A stretch of DNA of 32,000 nt, from assembly GCA_025839675.1 (NCBI GenBank), contig CP104013.1, forward strand, positions 5,310,001-5,342,000. Direction: 5' to 3'. Numbering within the stretch: position 1 is the stretch's first letter; each line of letters opens with the position of its first letter. The notes beneath the pieces were generated by a model. The model did no database searches. It had not been told where the DNA came from and saw only the letters and a list, made by a program, of their open reading frames with translations. The position numbers were made by a program, and so were the translations under genes. Positions 7,744 to 16,606 of this stretch are shown here, piece after piece. This DNA is from Candidatus Lokiarchaeum ossiferum (GTDB taxonomy: Archaea; Asgardarchaeota; Lokiarchaeia; Sigyniarchaeales; Promethearchaeaceae).

Positions 7744-8544
7744 TTATTGATAAAGTTTAGTAGCGGCTTCAATTATTGGTTTGAATTTAGCTGCTGAAAG
7801 AGACGCCCCTCCAATTAAGCCTCCATCAATGTCATTAATGGAAAGCAATCCTTCACAATTACTATCTTTCATTGATCCCCCATACTGGATGGGAATCGTA
7901 TTTCCGATTTCATTGCCAAATGTATCGATCAGCCATTTTCGGATAAATTTATGGATTGAATCTGCTTCGTCGGGGGTTGCAGTTTTGATTTCTGTGTCCG
8001 GGTTTAAAAATTTATTATTTATTGCCCAAACTGGCTCATAAGCGATAACAATATTCTTCATTTGTTCTGGGGAAACATCAGCTAACGATTCTTCAAGTTG
8101 CTTTTGGTTGACGGCTTCGGTTTGGCCATCTGCTTTTTCCTTAGCTGTTTCTCCAATACATAATACTGGTTTTAATCCTTTTTCTAACGCTTTTTTGACT
8201 TTTTGGTTAATATATGCATTATCTTCTCCAAAAATTCTTCTTCGTTCACTATGTCCTAAAAGAACATACTCGCAGCCACAATCCAAAAGAGAGTCTGCCG
8301 AAATTTCCCCGGTAAAAGCACCTTGATCCCGAAAATACATGTTTTGACCTGCTAATTTTAACTTGGTTCCTTTAATTGCTTGACCCACAGCAAATAATGC
8401 ATGATAGGAAGGAGCCACAAAAACATCCACTCCATTCATGTCAATTTCTTCAAGTGCAGTTGCAATTTCTTTTGCTACGGAAACTGCTTCATCCACTTTC
8501 ACAATCTGCATTTTCCAATTTCCACCGATTACAAATTTTCTCAT
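7744..8544 (-). CDS. tpiA: triose-phosphate isomerase, bacterial/eukaryotic type
   Basis: 266 aa. Motifs 'GGNWKM' (Asn/Lys), 'GHSERR' (His), 'AYEPVWAI' (Glu), 'IQYGGS' and 'DGGLIGGASL'. Differs from the archaeal-type TIM motifs (INFK / NHSE / EPPELIGTG). Confidence 0.9.
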   Translation of the reverse strand: MRKFVIGGNWKMQIVKVDEAVSVAKEIATALEEIDMNGVDVFVAPSYHALFAVGQAIKGTKLKLAGQNMYFRDQGAFTGEISADSLLDCGCEYVLLGHSERRRIFGEDNAYINQKVKKALEKGLKPVLCIGETAKEKADGQTEAVNQKQLEESLADVSPEQMKNIVIAYEPVWAINNKFLNPDTEIKTATPDEADSIHKFIRKWLIDTFGNEIGNTIPIQYGGSMKDSNCEGLLSINDIDGGLIGGASLSAAKFKPIIEAATKLYQ

Positions 8545-8878
8545 GAGATAACCCTATTTTTATATTTATTTGAAAGAACTTAAATGAACCTCTGTTTGGG
8601 GTGCCTTAAATTTTTCGTCCAAAAACCCGAAAAAAAAGTGGAAACAATATGATAGTTCAATTTGTTTTTATGAACAAGTATTAATGGAATATTCCTAACT
8701 CCCTTACTTTAACTCATTTCAGAAAATAGTTTTAGAATTTATTCATCCTTTTCTAAATGTTTACCACCAGAAGATCACTTGAACTCATTGGCAGAGTTGT
8801 GTAAAGCTTTTAAATGAGATAATTGGATAGCAAGGTTGATTTTTTAATAATAAAGTAAAAGAAAAAATATAAAAGAAT

Positions 8879-9625
8879 TCAATTGCCTGGAATAAATGGT
8901 TCAATGAAAGGTGTGAGTGAAATAGCAATAATCATACCTGCAATAACTTGTAAAAAGTTGAATGGTAATTCAAACAACGCACCTGCTATTCCATATGTGA
9001 AATATTGAACTGTAAAATATGTTGCTATCATGACCAATCCCCCTGGAATTATTGCAATTATTTTAGCTCCTATCATTTTATTGAGAAACAAGCTGAGAAC
9101 TATAATTGTTAAGCCAATCCCTGCACCTATAATGTACCAGAAAGTTGTTGATAATAAATGTGAAAATAAACTGGATCCAATATAACCAATTAGAAGACTT
9201 GTTATAATGCTGAAAATTGCAATGATAATTTTTATTAATTTATCAGAAAATTGTTGTTTTTTCAAAAATTGATAAATTAATCCTACTATTAATCCTTCTA
9301 ATCCTTTAGCAATGAATGTATAAGGTGCATAGTATGCATAATTCAAGAAAACATCTGCCATCGCGGACCCGACTCCTCCAGCGAAACCTCCAATAATTGG
9401 TCCAAATAAAATGGCTGAAATAAATACCATCAATTCACCAAAATTGAACATTCCTTCCGTCAAAGGTATTGGAATTGCCAGAATCATTGTAGAAACAGTT
9501 GTTAATGCTGTCATAATACTGCACAAGGCAATCTGAAGAGTAAGGGGCATTTTTTTGCCTGTATTTACTGATCGATTTTGCAAAGCATTTGTATGCTCCA
9601 CATTAGATTGTTGAGAAACTTCCAT
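8879..9625 (-). CDS. ECF-transporter S-component-like integral membrane protein
   Basis: 248 aa with ~6 TM segments. 'FNFGELMVFISAILFGPIIGGFAGGVGSAMADV' and 'FIAKGLEGLIVGLIY' resemble ECF S-component / vitamin-uptake family signatures. No adjacent ECF A/T genes. Confidence 0.5.
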   Translation of the reverse strand: MEVSQQSNVEHTNALQNRSVNTGKKMPLTLQIALCSIMTALTTVSTMILAIPIPLTEGMFNFGELMVFISAILFGPIIGGFAGGVGSAMADVFLNYAYYAPYTFIAKGLEGLIVGLIYQFLKKQQFSDKLIKIIIAIFSIITSLLIGYIGSSLFSHLLSTTFWYIIGAGIGLTIIVLSLFLNKMIGAKIIAIIPGGLVMIATYFTVQYFTYGIAGALFELPFNFLQVIAGMIIAISLTPFIEPFIPGN

Positions 9626-9743
9626 CGTGAAAACCTACTTATATCAAGTTGAGACTTGAATAGTCATATTATTTAAAGAAATTATACTATAAAAAGATAT
9701 CAAGTTGTAACTTTAGTAAAAACAGAGATTTAAAAAAAAATAA

Positions 9744-10235
9744 CTATAACGAAATTCCAAAGATCTTTCCACATTTTTTAACGTAATCCATAAATGAATA
9801 TAATTGTTCAACTCGTTCTTCTGGAGTATAAAAATTATAGGATTCGTCCATGTTCTCCATCTCTAAATCACGCAATCGATGATAAGTATTTCCTGAGGGA
9901 TCGATTACAAATAAAAATCTTCCATTGCGCATGTCCATGATTTCCACTTCGCTTTTCGAGCTATTTTTTGGATTAAATTTAAGATCCATAAGTAAAATGC
10001 GTTTTAGATATTTTCTTTCCAGATCGGTGCATAATTTTGTGAAATAATAAATTCCTACACTATCCTTAGCTTTGAGAAGAGCGTAAAATTGTGTTAAAAC
10101 ATATTTCATACTTTCCATTCTTTCCCGTTTCGCAGCTCGAGATTCCATTTTACTGAGAATCCATGCCAAAATAACACCTTCAAAAATAATTAGCGCCAGA
10201 TCCCAACCCATTTGATCAATTTCCATATTTTTCAC
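9744..10235 (-). CDS. hypothetical protein with N-terminal membrane anchor
   Basis: 163 aa. One hydrophobic helix ('WDLALIIFEGVILAWIL') followed by a soluble domain. No recognisable motif. Confidence 0.5.
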   Translation of the reverse strand: MKNMEIDQMGWDLALIIFEGVILAWILSKMESRAAKRERMESMKYVLTQFYALLKAKDSVGIYYFTKLCTDLERKYLKRILLMDLKFNPKNSSKSEVEIMDMRNGRFLFVIDPSGNTYHRLRDLEMENMDESYNFYTPEERVEQLYSFMDYVKKCGKIFGISL

Positions 10236-10436
10236 CTGTATAATGAATCATTACACTTATGTAATACTCAGAAATGTTTTTATTTAAACAAATTTTTTTT
10301 AAAATGCCTTGATTGATAAGAAAAAGACTTAAATAGAAGAATATCGACAAGTTTTGTGGTATTTTAATCGATAAAAAAATCATGAAAGAGTTTATGTTCT
10401 CAATTCAAAAATTTAAATTTGGCCCATTCCATAACA

Positions 10437-11003
10437 CTACAAACTGAATAAGATTGCTTCTACAATTAGAGATGCACAAATCACTCCAATATTCATCCAT
10501 AACAAGATAAAACCGCATTTTTTTATGTTTTTCATCTTTCTAAGTCTGTTTTTTGGGATATGATCAAGATCCAGAGTGTGAAAACCATAAGGCGCTTGAA
10601 TACAATCCCATAAGTTGAAAAAACTGCTAATTATAATACAAGAACATATAATAAACCAAGTTATTCTTAAGAAATTGGGTGTATCCATTACAAATGCCAC
10701 AAATACTAAAAAATAAAGGCTTGCCATATTTAAAATATAAATAAGCCCAAAAACATATCTACAAACAGCAAATATGAACAAATATATTTTGCTTACTGGT
10801 TTATAGTAAATTGCTCCAATCCAGCCAATACCCGATATGCAGGTTATAATAGTAATTAGTAGACTGAAATTACTTACAATTGGATTAATTGCGAAATTGC
10901 TTATTATCGAAAAGATAAGATTCTGTAAAAAAACAATTACTCTATACCAGTTATGCATTTTTTTCCATTTTTTCAAACTCATGTCTTTTTGGAGAACTTC
11001 CAT
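10437..11003 (-). CDS. hypothetical multi-pass membrane protein
   Basis: 188 aa with 5-6 hydrophobic segments. No recognisable family. Confidence 0.5.
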   Translation of the reverse strand: MEVLQKDMSLKKWKKMHNWYRVIVFLQNLIFSIISNFAINPIVSNFSLLITIITCISGIGWIGAIYYKPVSKIYLFIFAVCRYVFGLIYILNMASLYFLVFVAFVMDTPNFLRITWFIICSCIIISSFFNLWDCIQAPYGFHTLDLDHIPKNRLRKMKNIKKCGFILLWMNIGVICASLIVEAILFSL

Positions 11004-11123
11004 ACGAATACAATAGAATGATTCCTTTATAATTCTTTATTCCTTAATATAGAGTAGGTTTCTCATAGAATAGAATTGATTAAAAAGTCATTAGAAAAAA
11101 TAATTTCAATTCAAAAATTTAAT

Positions 11124-11783
11124 CTATTGAATTTCCTTTCTACCTGGATGAACCATTTCCCACATTGGGAGATTATAGGTTGGAATGGTTATTTTTTTGA
11201 CAACTTTAAATCCTAATTTTTCATAAAATCGGACGTTACGTTCCGATTCAGTTTCCAAATATAATGGAACTTTAGGGGGGAGATTTTCAATAAATTTTTG
11301 CATAAACTTTGATCCAATTCCTTGTCCTTGACGATCTGATGCAATTCCTAAGACATAGAGGTAGTAATAAGGTGCTTCAATATTTTTTCTTCGGTCTTTG
11401 GTAATTTGGGAGAATGTTTTACTCATCCGCCCTGCAATTTTTCCACCAAGTTTCATGGCAATTGGAATAGATCCACTTCGCATCATTCGCCATATTTTCA
11501 TTTCTACTTTGGATGAATCAAGCCACACTGCGATACCTTCAAGTTCGGAAGATGGAGCATAAATCATTCCATATTTTAATGCATACTTTAATGGTACTCC
11601 AAACAATACCGAAAACTTCTCGGGAGCATCAAATAATATTTCTTTCCATATAGGATCATCCCGAAAAGCTTCCCCCAAAATTTTACACGCTCGGTCAAAA
11701 TCTGAAGATTTCACGCGGTAGAATTCCTTAATTTCTGGTAGTTCAATATGAGTGGTCATGATCAGAGATAAGATTTTGTACAT
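11124..11783 (-). CDS. GNAT-family N-acetyltransferase
   Basis: 219 aa. Acetyl-CoA-binding motif A 'RQGQGIGSKFMQKF', followed by 'YLETESERNVRFYEKLGFKV', typical of GNAT. Confidence 0.8.
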   Translation of the reverse strand: MYKILSLIMTTHIELPEIKEFYRVKSSDFDRACKILGEAFRDDPIWKEILFDAPEKFSVLFGVPLKYALKYGMIYAPSSELEGIAVWLDSSKVEMKIWRMMRSGSIPIAMKLGGKIAGRMSKTFSQITKDRRKNIEAPYYYLYVLGIASDRQGQGIGSKFMQKFIENLPPKVPLYLETESERNVRFYEKLGFKVVKKITIPTYNLPMWEMVHPGRKEIQ

Positions 11784-11828
11784 TAAAAAGAATTACAAAA
11801 AAGAATTAATCGAAGTGTTATTCATCGA

Positions 11829-12002
11829 CTAATCTATATCAAAACATTCGTGTTCGTGACCTTTTTCAACATTCAAGTGAACATGAAGATTGTCTCTACC
11901 TAAAATCTTTATATTGTTTAAGTTGTGGCATTCATCATCTAGAATTGGATGTGAATGGATAATCGGCTCTTTTTTTTTTTCTCGTTTGAAGAAGTTTCTC
12001 AT
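11829..12002 (-). CDS. small His/Cys-rich hypothetical protein (57 aa, below the ORF-track cutoff)
   Basis: ATG (complement of 12000-12002) to TAG (complement of 11829-11831). Translation: MRNFFKREKKKEPIIHSHPILDDECHNLNNIKILGRDNLHVHLNVEKGHEHECFDID. It fills an otherwise empty 330-bp gap between co-oriented genes. Confidence 0.3.
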   Translation of the reverse strand: MRNFFKREKKKEPIIHSHPILDDECHNLNNIKILGRDNLHVHLNVEKGHEHECFDID

Positions 12003-12115
12003 AATATATTAGGAAAAATTGGACTAAATAAGCATCAGTGATTCATAAAATAAGGTAAAACCTTGATATGGATTATTATAATAAGAGAGTTTGAAAAAAA
12101 AATTGTTTTTATGAA

Positions 12116-13417
12116 TTAAGGTGTGTTTCGATTCATAACTCGGGGATAAGCAATTGTATCTCGAATGTGGTCTAAATTGCATACCCAGCGCATCATACGT
12201 TCGATTCCCATTCCAAACCCGGAGTGTTGGACACTTCCATATCGTCGGAGATCGAGATACCATTCATAATCGGCAATTTTAGATCCATCTCGTTTTAAAT
12301 TGTCAATAATCACATTAATATCTTCTTCCCGTTGACTTGATCCAATTAATTCTCCATAACCTTCGGGTGCTAAGAGATCATTCGCTTCTGCATATTTTCC
12401 ATCTAAAGTTTTCATGTAGAAGGCCTTAATTTTCCGTGGGAAATGGGTGACATGGACAGGTGATTTCAGATCTTCGGTTAATGCCCGTTCATGATGGGTT
12501 CCAAAATCTTCTCCCCATGGAATTTCGACTCCTTTCTTGTTTATAATATCAATGGCTTCATCATAATGGATTCGATCAAAAGGGCCTTCAATATTTAACA
12601 AATCTTGAGGATCTCTACCGAGAGCTTTCAATGCTTTTGGTTCATCTTGAGCAACTTTATGGATCATTGCACATACTAAACCATCTTCAAATTTTATTAT
12701 TCCATTTAAATCCAAAAACGCCGCTTCTGCTTCTAAATGCCAATATTCTGCAAGATGTCGGTTTGTTCTTGACTTTTCTGCTCGAAAACTTGGAGTTAAG
12801 GAGTAGACATTTTGATGGGCAAAGATTAATGTCTCTAAATATAATTGAGCAGATTGGGATAGAAACGCCTTTTTCCCGAAATAATTCAACTCAAAAAGGG
12901 TGCTTCCTCCTTCACATGAACTTCCTGTAATGATAGGGGGGGTCATTTCTACATATCCTTGTTGATCGAAGTATTCTCGAGCACCCTGCAATAATTTTGC
13001 TTTTACTCGGAAACTATGAGTTAATTTTTGACTTCGAACCCAAAGATGACGGTAATCTAAAAGAAAGGAATCACTCTGATCTTTTTGAATTGGAAATGTT
13101 TCTGCCATCTGAATAATAGTAAAGTTTTCAATTTGCATTTCATAACCATTTGGAGCGCGATTATCCTCTTTAATATTCCCTTCAATAATTACTGAGGATT
13201 CATATTTTACCTCACATAACATATTGAATAATTCTTCACTAAGTTGGTCTTTTTTTCCGGTGCATTGCAGTGTCTCAGTACCATCTCGTAGCACAATAAA
13301 GGCCATTTTTTTACTGTTACGCTGACGATACACCCATCCACGGATTTTGACTCTTTTTCCCACGAAATCGGGAGAAAGAACCTCTTGAATATAGTGATAA
13401 TCTTTTTCCATTTTCAT
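12116..13417 (-). CDS. asnS: asparaginyl-tRNA synthetase (class IIb)
   Basis: Class II motifs 'FRAEKSRTNRHLAEYWHLEAEAAF' (AsnRS-like) and 'GFGMGIERMMRWV', with an OB-fold N-domain 'VKIRGWVYRQR'. The track ORF extends to 13474, but alignment with archaeal AsnRS N-termini favours Met at 13417 (MKMEKDY) or 13411. Confidence 0.85.
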   Translation of the reverse strand: MKMEKDYHYIQEVLSPDFVGKRVKIRGWVYRQRNSKKMAFIVLRDGTETLQCTGKKDQLSEELFNMLCEVKYESSVIIEGNIKEDNRAPNGYEMQIENFTIIQMAETFPIQKDQSDSFLLDYRHLWVRSQKLTHSFRVKAKLLQGAREYFDQQGYVEMTPPIITGSSCEGGSTLFELNYFGKKAFLSQSAQLYLETLIFAHQNVYSLTPSFRAEKSRTNRHLAEYWHLEAEAAFLDLNGIIKFEDGLVCAMIHKVAQDEPKALKALGRDPQDLLNIEGPFDRIHYDEAIDIINKKGVEIPWGEDFGTHHERALTEDLKSPVHVTHFPRKIKAFYMKTLDGKYAEANDLLAPEGYGELIGSSQREEDINVIIDNLKRDGSKIADYEWYLDLRRYGSVQHSGFGMGIERMMRWVCNLDHIRDTIAYPRVMNRNTP

Positions 13418-13627
13418 CACGCTTAGTCCACATAGTTTAAACTCAAATTTTAATTTAATGATTGCTTTCCTCAAAGCCGAAGTAATAAATTGCCCTAAGA
13501 TATTTTAAAAGACTGATCAATATGATATTGAACAAAAAGTTGAAAAATTTATAGTTCCCCCTGATTTCGATTTACCTTCTACCCACTGATCTAACCCCTC
13601 AAATGGATTGGAAGGGACTTGATTCCT

Positions 13628-14089
13628 TTAATTTTCATGATGGGAAAAGATGTTCCGTTTAAAATCGATAACACGATTAAATGACCGGAAATATACAAAA
13701 ATTATTCCAAACATGTCAATAATTGGAAGGATTATCAAAACCGTACTCACGATGAAGAGGATTGTGCCCGGATCACTTACCATCATTAGAATAAATCCTA
13801 CAAATAAAATGATCGTATTTCCAAATAAACCAATGAATCGCCACTTGTTTTTTGAGGAAAAATTTTGTTCAGCATTCTCAATTTTTGTTTTTTCATCCAT
13901 GGTTAAAGCTTCATAATCCTTTTTACAGAATCCGTGATAATCGCATGAAGGGCAAAGACTTTTTTCGCAAACAATGCATTTCTCTAAAGGGTTTTCTGTG
14001 AAAATCTCTTTTGAGCATACATCGCAAATTTGCTTCACAATAAAATGGGAGTTAATATAGTCCGGATTTCCAAAATAGTCAAGCGCCAT
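13628..14089 (-). CDS. membrane-anchored zinc-finger protein (B-box-like Cys pattern, 2 TM helices)
   Basis: 153 aa. Cys pattern 'CDVC-x12-CIVC-x4-CPSC-x5-C', followed by two long hydrophobic helices. Confidence 0.5.
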   Translation of the reverse strand: MALDYFGNPDYINSHFIVKQICDVCSKEIFTENPLEKCIVCEKSLCPSCDYHGFCKKDYEALTMDEKTKIENAEQNFSSKNKWRFIGLFGNTIILFVGFILMMVSDPGTILFIVSTVLIILPIIDMFGIIFVYFRSFNRVIDFKRNIFSHHEN

Positions 14090-14380
14090 ACATTCTATTT
14101 AGATCAATTCTTCCTAAAAAAGATATTGATGTGAGGAGAGTTCGTTGCATGATTTTTTATTACATAAAAGTCATTTTTTTTACTTTAAATTATAGATACA
14201 GTACATGTTCAACAAGAGAAAATTGCCCCTTTTTTGAAGAAAAATTAATGCAAATTGTTTGAAATTGGTCCAATTAATATTATTCTTGATGAAAAGTAAA
14301 GTATAGTTACTTTTATTTTAAAAAGAACCTTAATCTTTTTAAATAACAATTCAAAAACAAACAGAAATGAGGTTCTTCCG

Positions 14381-15436
14381 TTGCATAATTTATATACTCT
14401 TAACGTTAAGTCAGATAAAATTCAAAAAGTCCATTATAATGTTGTCTATAAAAAGATCAATATGCTCCATGCCTATTATTCCGATTTGATCCAATCTGTA
14501 ATGATTTACCAAAATTCTCACAATCAGGTATATATCGAAGCTGAAAATGAAAAAGGGGTCACACAATTGACTGGTAAGATGGTCGCTATTGACAATGAGT
14601 CCATTCATAACGAAAACATTGACACAATTATTTCTAAATTTGAAAATTTTTCTATTTATAAGATTTCAACAGGATTTCCTGAAGAAGAAATTAAAATTTA
14701 TGGCAATACTAATTTAAAAACTGAAATATTACACATTTTTGAATCTGATGCAGATGTGGTGACTATTGGGATGGTAGACCCGTCCAATGAGTGTGATTTT
14801 GTGATTATATCCATTTTTTCTACCGATTCTCAAGTTCTATCTATGTTTGATTATAATTTTGAATTTCCAGAATTATTCCAACCCAATAGCAATGTTGATT
14901 TAGGTGAAAAAGAACTAAAACCGGATTTACTCGCTCAAAATGATCAGATTATCCGAACCGAATTAAAGAAGGAGAAAAAAGAAGATTCTAACTCGCGAAA
15001 AACTAAAAAACCAAAAAAATCTACAAAAACCCTTAAACTCCAATCCAATCAAGTGAAAAGCGAATCAAATTTAGATAAAAAGTCGGAAACTAATATTGTC
15101 CAGAAACCTGAGGTAAAATTACTCAATGCTGATACAACACCGCGATCTGTTGTGGAGCAAACAATTCCAATTTCTTCTTCTATGGTAATTTTAAAACAAT
15201 TTTCTTCAAAAATGCAATCTAAGGCTATTGAAATTGAAACATGGAAAGAAAAAGTTCATCATCAAAAATTGAAAAATGAAAAGTTGATAAAAAACCTTCA
15301 ATCTGAAAAATTAAATAATAAAAAACTCAAGCGAACCTTAAACGAAAAAGAGAAAGAATTACTAACTGTTTCAGCACAGTTGAAAGAGCTGCAAGATGAA
15401 ATTCTTCATCTTCATGATCTGATGCAATTGGAATGA
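14381..15436 (+). CDS. hypothetical protein: conserved ~165-aa N-domain, basic linker, C-terminal coiled coil (paralog A)
   Basis: 351 aa. The TTG start aligns exactly with the Met of paralog B ('HNLYTLNVKSD' vs 'SNLFIMDVKSD'), with GAGGT ~9 nt upstream. Shared motifs 'ISTGFPEEE' and 'FDY.FEF'. K-rich linker (res ~193-246). Heptad-rich tail (res ~275-351). Confidence 0.7.
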   Translation: MHNLYTLNVKSDKIQKVHYNVVYKKINMLHAYYSDLIQSVMIYQNSHNQVYIEAENEKGVTQLTGKMVAIDNESIHNENIDTIISKFENFSIYKISTGFPEEEIKIYGNTNLKTEILHIFESDADVVTIGMVDPSNECDFVIISIFSTDSQVLSMFDYNFEFPELFQPNSNVDLGEKELKPDLLAQNDQIIRTELKKEKKEDSNSRKTKKPKKSTKTLKLQSNQVKSESNLDKKSETNIVQKPEVKLLNADTTPRSVVEQTIPISSSMVILKQFSSKMQSKAIEIETWKEKVHHQKLKNEKLIKNLQSEKLNNKKLKRTLNEKEKELLTVSAQLKELQDEILHLHDLMQLE

Positions 15437-15679
15437 TCTATTTTTATCACTTTATTTTCTTTTTTTAAACTTAAAAATCACGTATTTATGGGTAATTGAC
15501 ACCCATTTCCTTGCCAATTTTGTGTAAAGATCCCTATTTTTGCTGGAATCCACGCAAAGTTTAAATAAGGGAAAATTAATTTACAAAAAATCCATGTATT
15601 TAAAATGGAGAAAATCTTTGGAAGATTACTACTAGAAATAACCTAAAAATCATTAGATTTATATTGGATGTATTGTAAG

Positions 15680-16600
15680 ATGTCAAATTTATTCATTATG
15701 GATGTTAAAAGTGATGTTACGAAAGTTTTGAATCATCTAACTTATAACAAATTAAAAATATTAGATCCGTTTTTTACTCAGTCGATTAAAGCTGTTTTTT
15801 CAACAGATATTTCTATGAATTCAATTTTAATTGAAACTCAGAAAAAATCGGAAGCATTAAGGATAACTAAAAAAATTGTCTCAATTGATTCCACATCCAT
15901 CAAGGTTTATGAAAATGAAGGGGGGTTGTCGAACATTGAGAATTATTGTGTATATAATATTTCTACGGGATTTCCGGAAGAAGAGGATTTAAATCTTGTT
16001 GGTTCGATTAATCTGAAAAATTTAATCACACATTTATTTTCAATGGGGCAAGAAGTGGTGAGAATTGGCCTTTGGGATTCGGAAAGTGATGAAGAAAATT
16101 ATGCTTCCTTAGTCATTTTTTCTCCTGAATCAGTTCTTTTAGAAAATTTTGACTACGAATTCGAATTTCAGGATGAAGAAGAACATGAATCTGAAGAAGT
16201 CCTGGAAGTGGATGAAGATCTTGATGTGGAGGATGAAATTGAAATGGATGCCGAAATTGAAGCAGATGACGAACCGCTAAAAGATGATAATTCTGTAGAT
16301 GAAGTCCAATCCTTAATAAAAGATGTCAATATTCGGGAAAAAAAAAAAAATGAGCCCCAGGAAATATCTTCATTAGCGCATGCCCAATCATTACTCGCTT
16401 CTTTGGAAAATCGCTATGAAAATTTACAGTTAGATTATGAATCAAACAATCGCGAAAATGCTCGATTAACTCAAAAATGTAAAGATTATGAACAAGAAAT
16501 AATTAAAATTACTGATGAGTTAAAAATTTCTCAAGATCAATTGCAGAAGTTGCAAAATGCAATAAATACTCTCATAAATCTCTCACAAATTGAAAAATAA
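15680..16600 (+). CDS. hypothetical protein: conserved ~165-aa N-domain, acidic linker, C-terminal coiled coil (paralog B)
   Basis: The track ORF starts at 15668 (MYCKM...). Met at 15680 (MSNLFIMDVKSD) aligns with the paralog A start. D/E-rich linker 'QDEEEHESEEVLEVDEDLDVEDEIEMDAEIEADDE'. C-terminal coiled coil. Confidence 0.7.
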   Translation: MSNLFIMDVKSDVTKVLNHLTYNKLKILDPFFTQSIKAVFSTDISMNSILIETQKKSEALRITKKIVSIDSTSIKVYENEGGLSNIENYCVYNISTGFPEEEDLNLVGSINLKNLITHLFSMGQEVVRIGLWDSESDEENYASLVIFSPESVLLENFDYEFEFQDEEEHESEEVLEVDEDLDVEDEIEMDAEIEADDEPLKDDNSVDEVQSLIKDVNIREKKKNEPQEISSLAHAQSLLASLENRYENLQLDYESNNRENARLTQKCKDYEQEIIKITDELKISQDQLQKLQNAINTLINLSQIEK

Positions 16601-16606
16601 TTTTAA

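Noticed and set aside
12024-12263. Track ORF 12024..12263 (-)
   Set aside because: It overlaps the conserved C-terminus of AsnRS (GFGMGIERMMRW...) in another frame and has no motif support.
13418-13474. 19-aa N-terminal extension of AsnRS (MRKAIIKLKFEFKLCGLSV)
   Set aside because: Archaeal AsnRS N-termini begin just before the OB-fold, as from MKMEKDY here. The extension is probably an upstream in-frame Met. I cannot exclude it without TSS data.
14381-16600. Longin-SNARE-like interpretation of the coiled-coil paralogs
   Set aside because: There is no C-terminal transmembrane anchor. I could not map the N-domain secondary-structure order onto a longin or roadblock fold by eye, and the coiled coils show no identifiable zero-layer. 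The idea is kept only as something for structure prediction to test.
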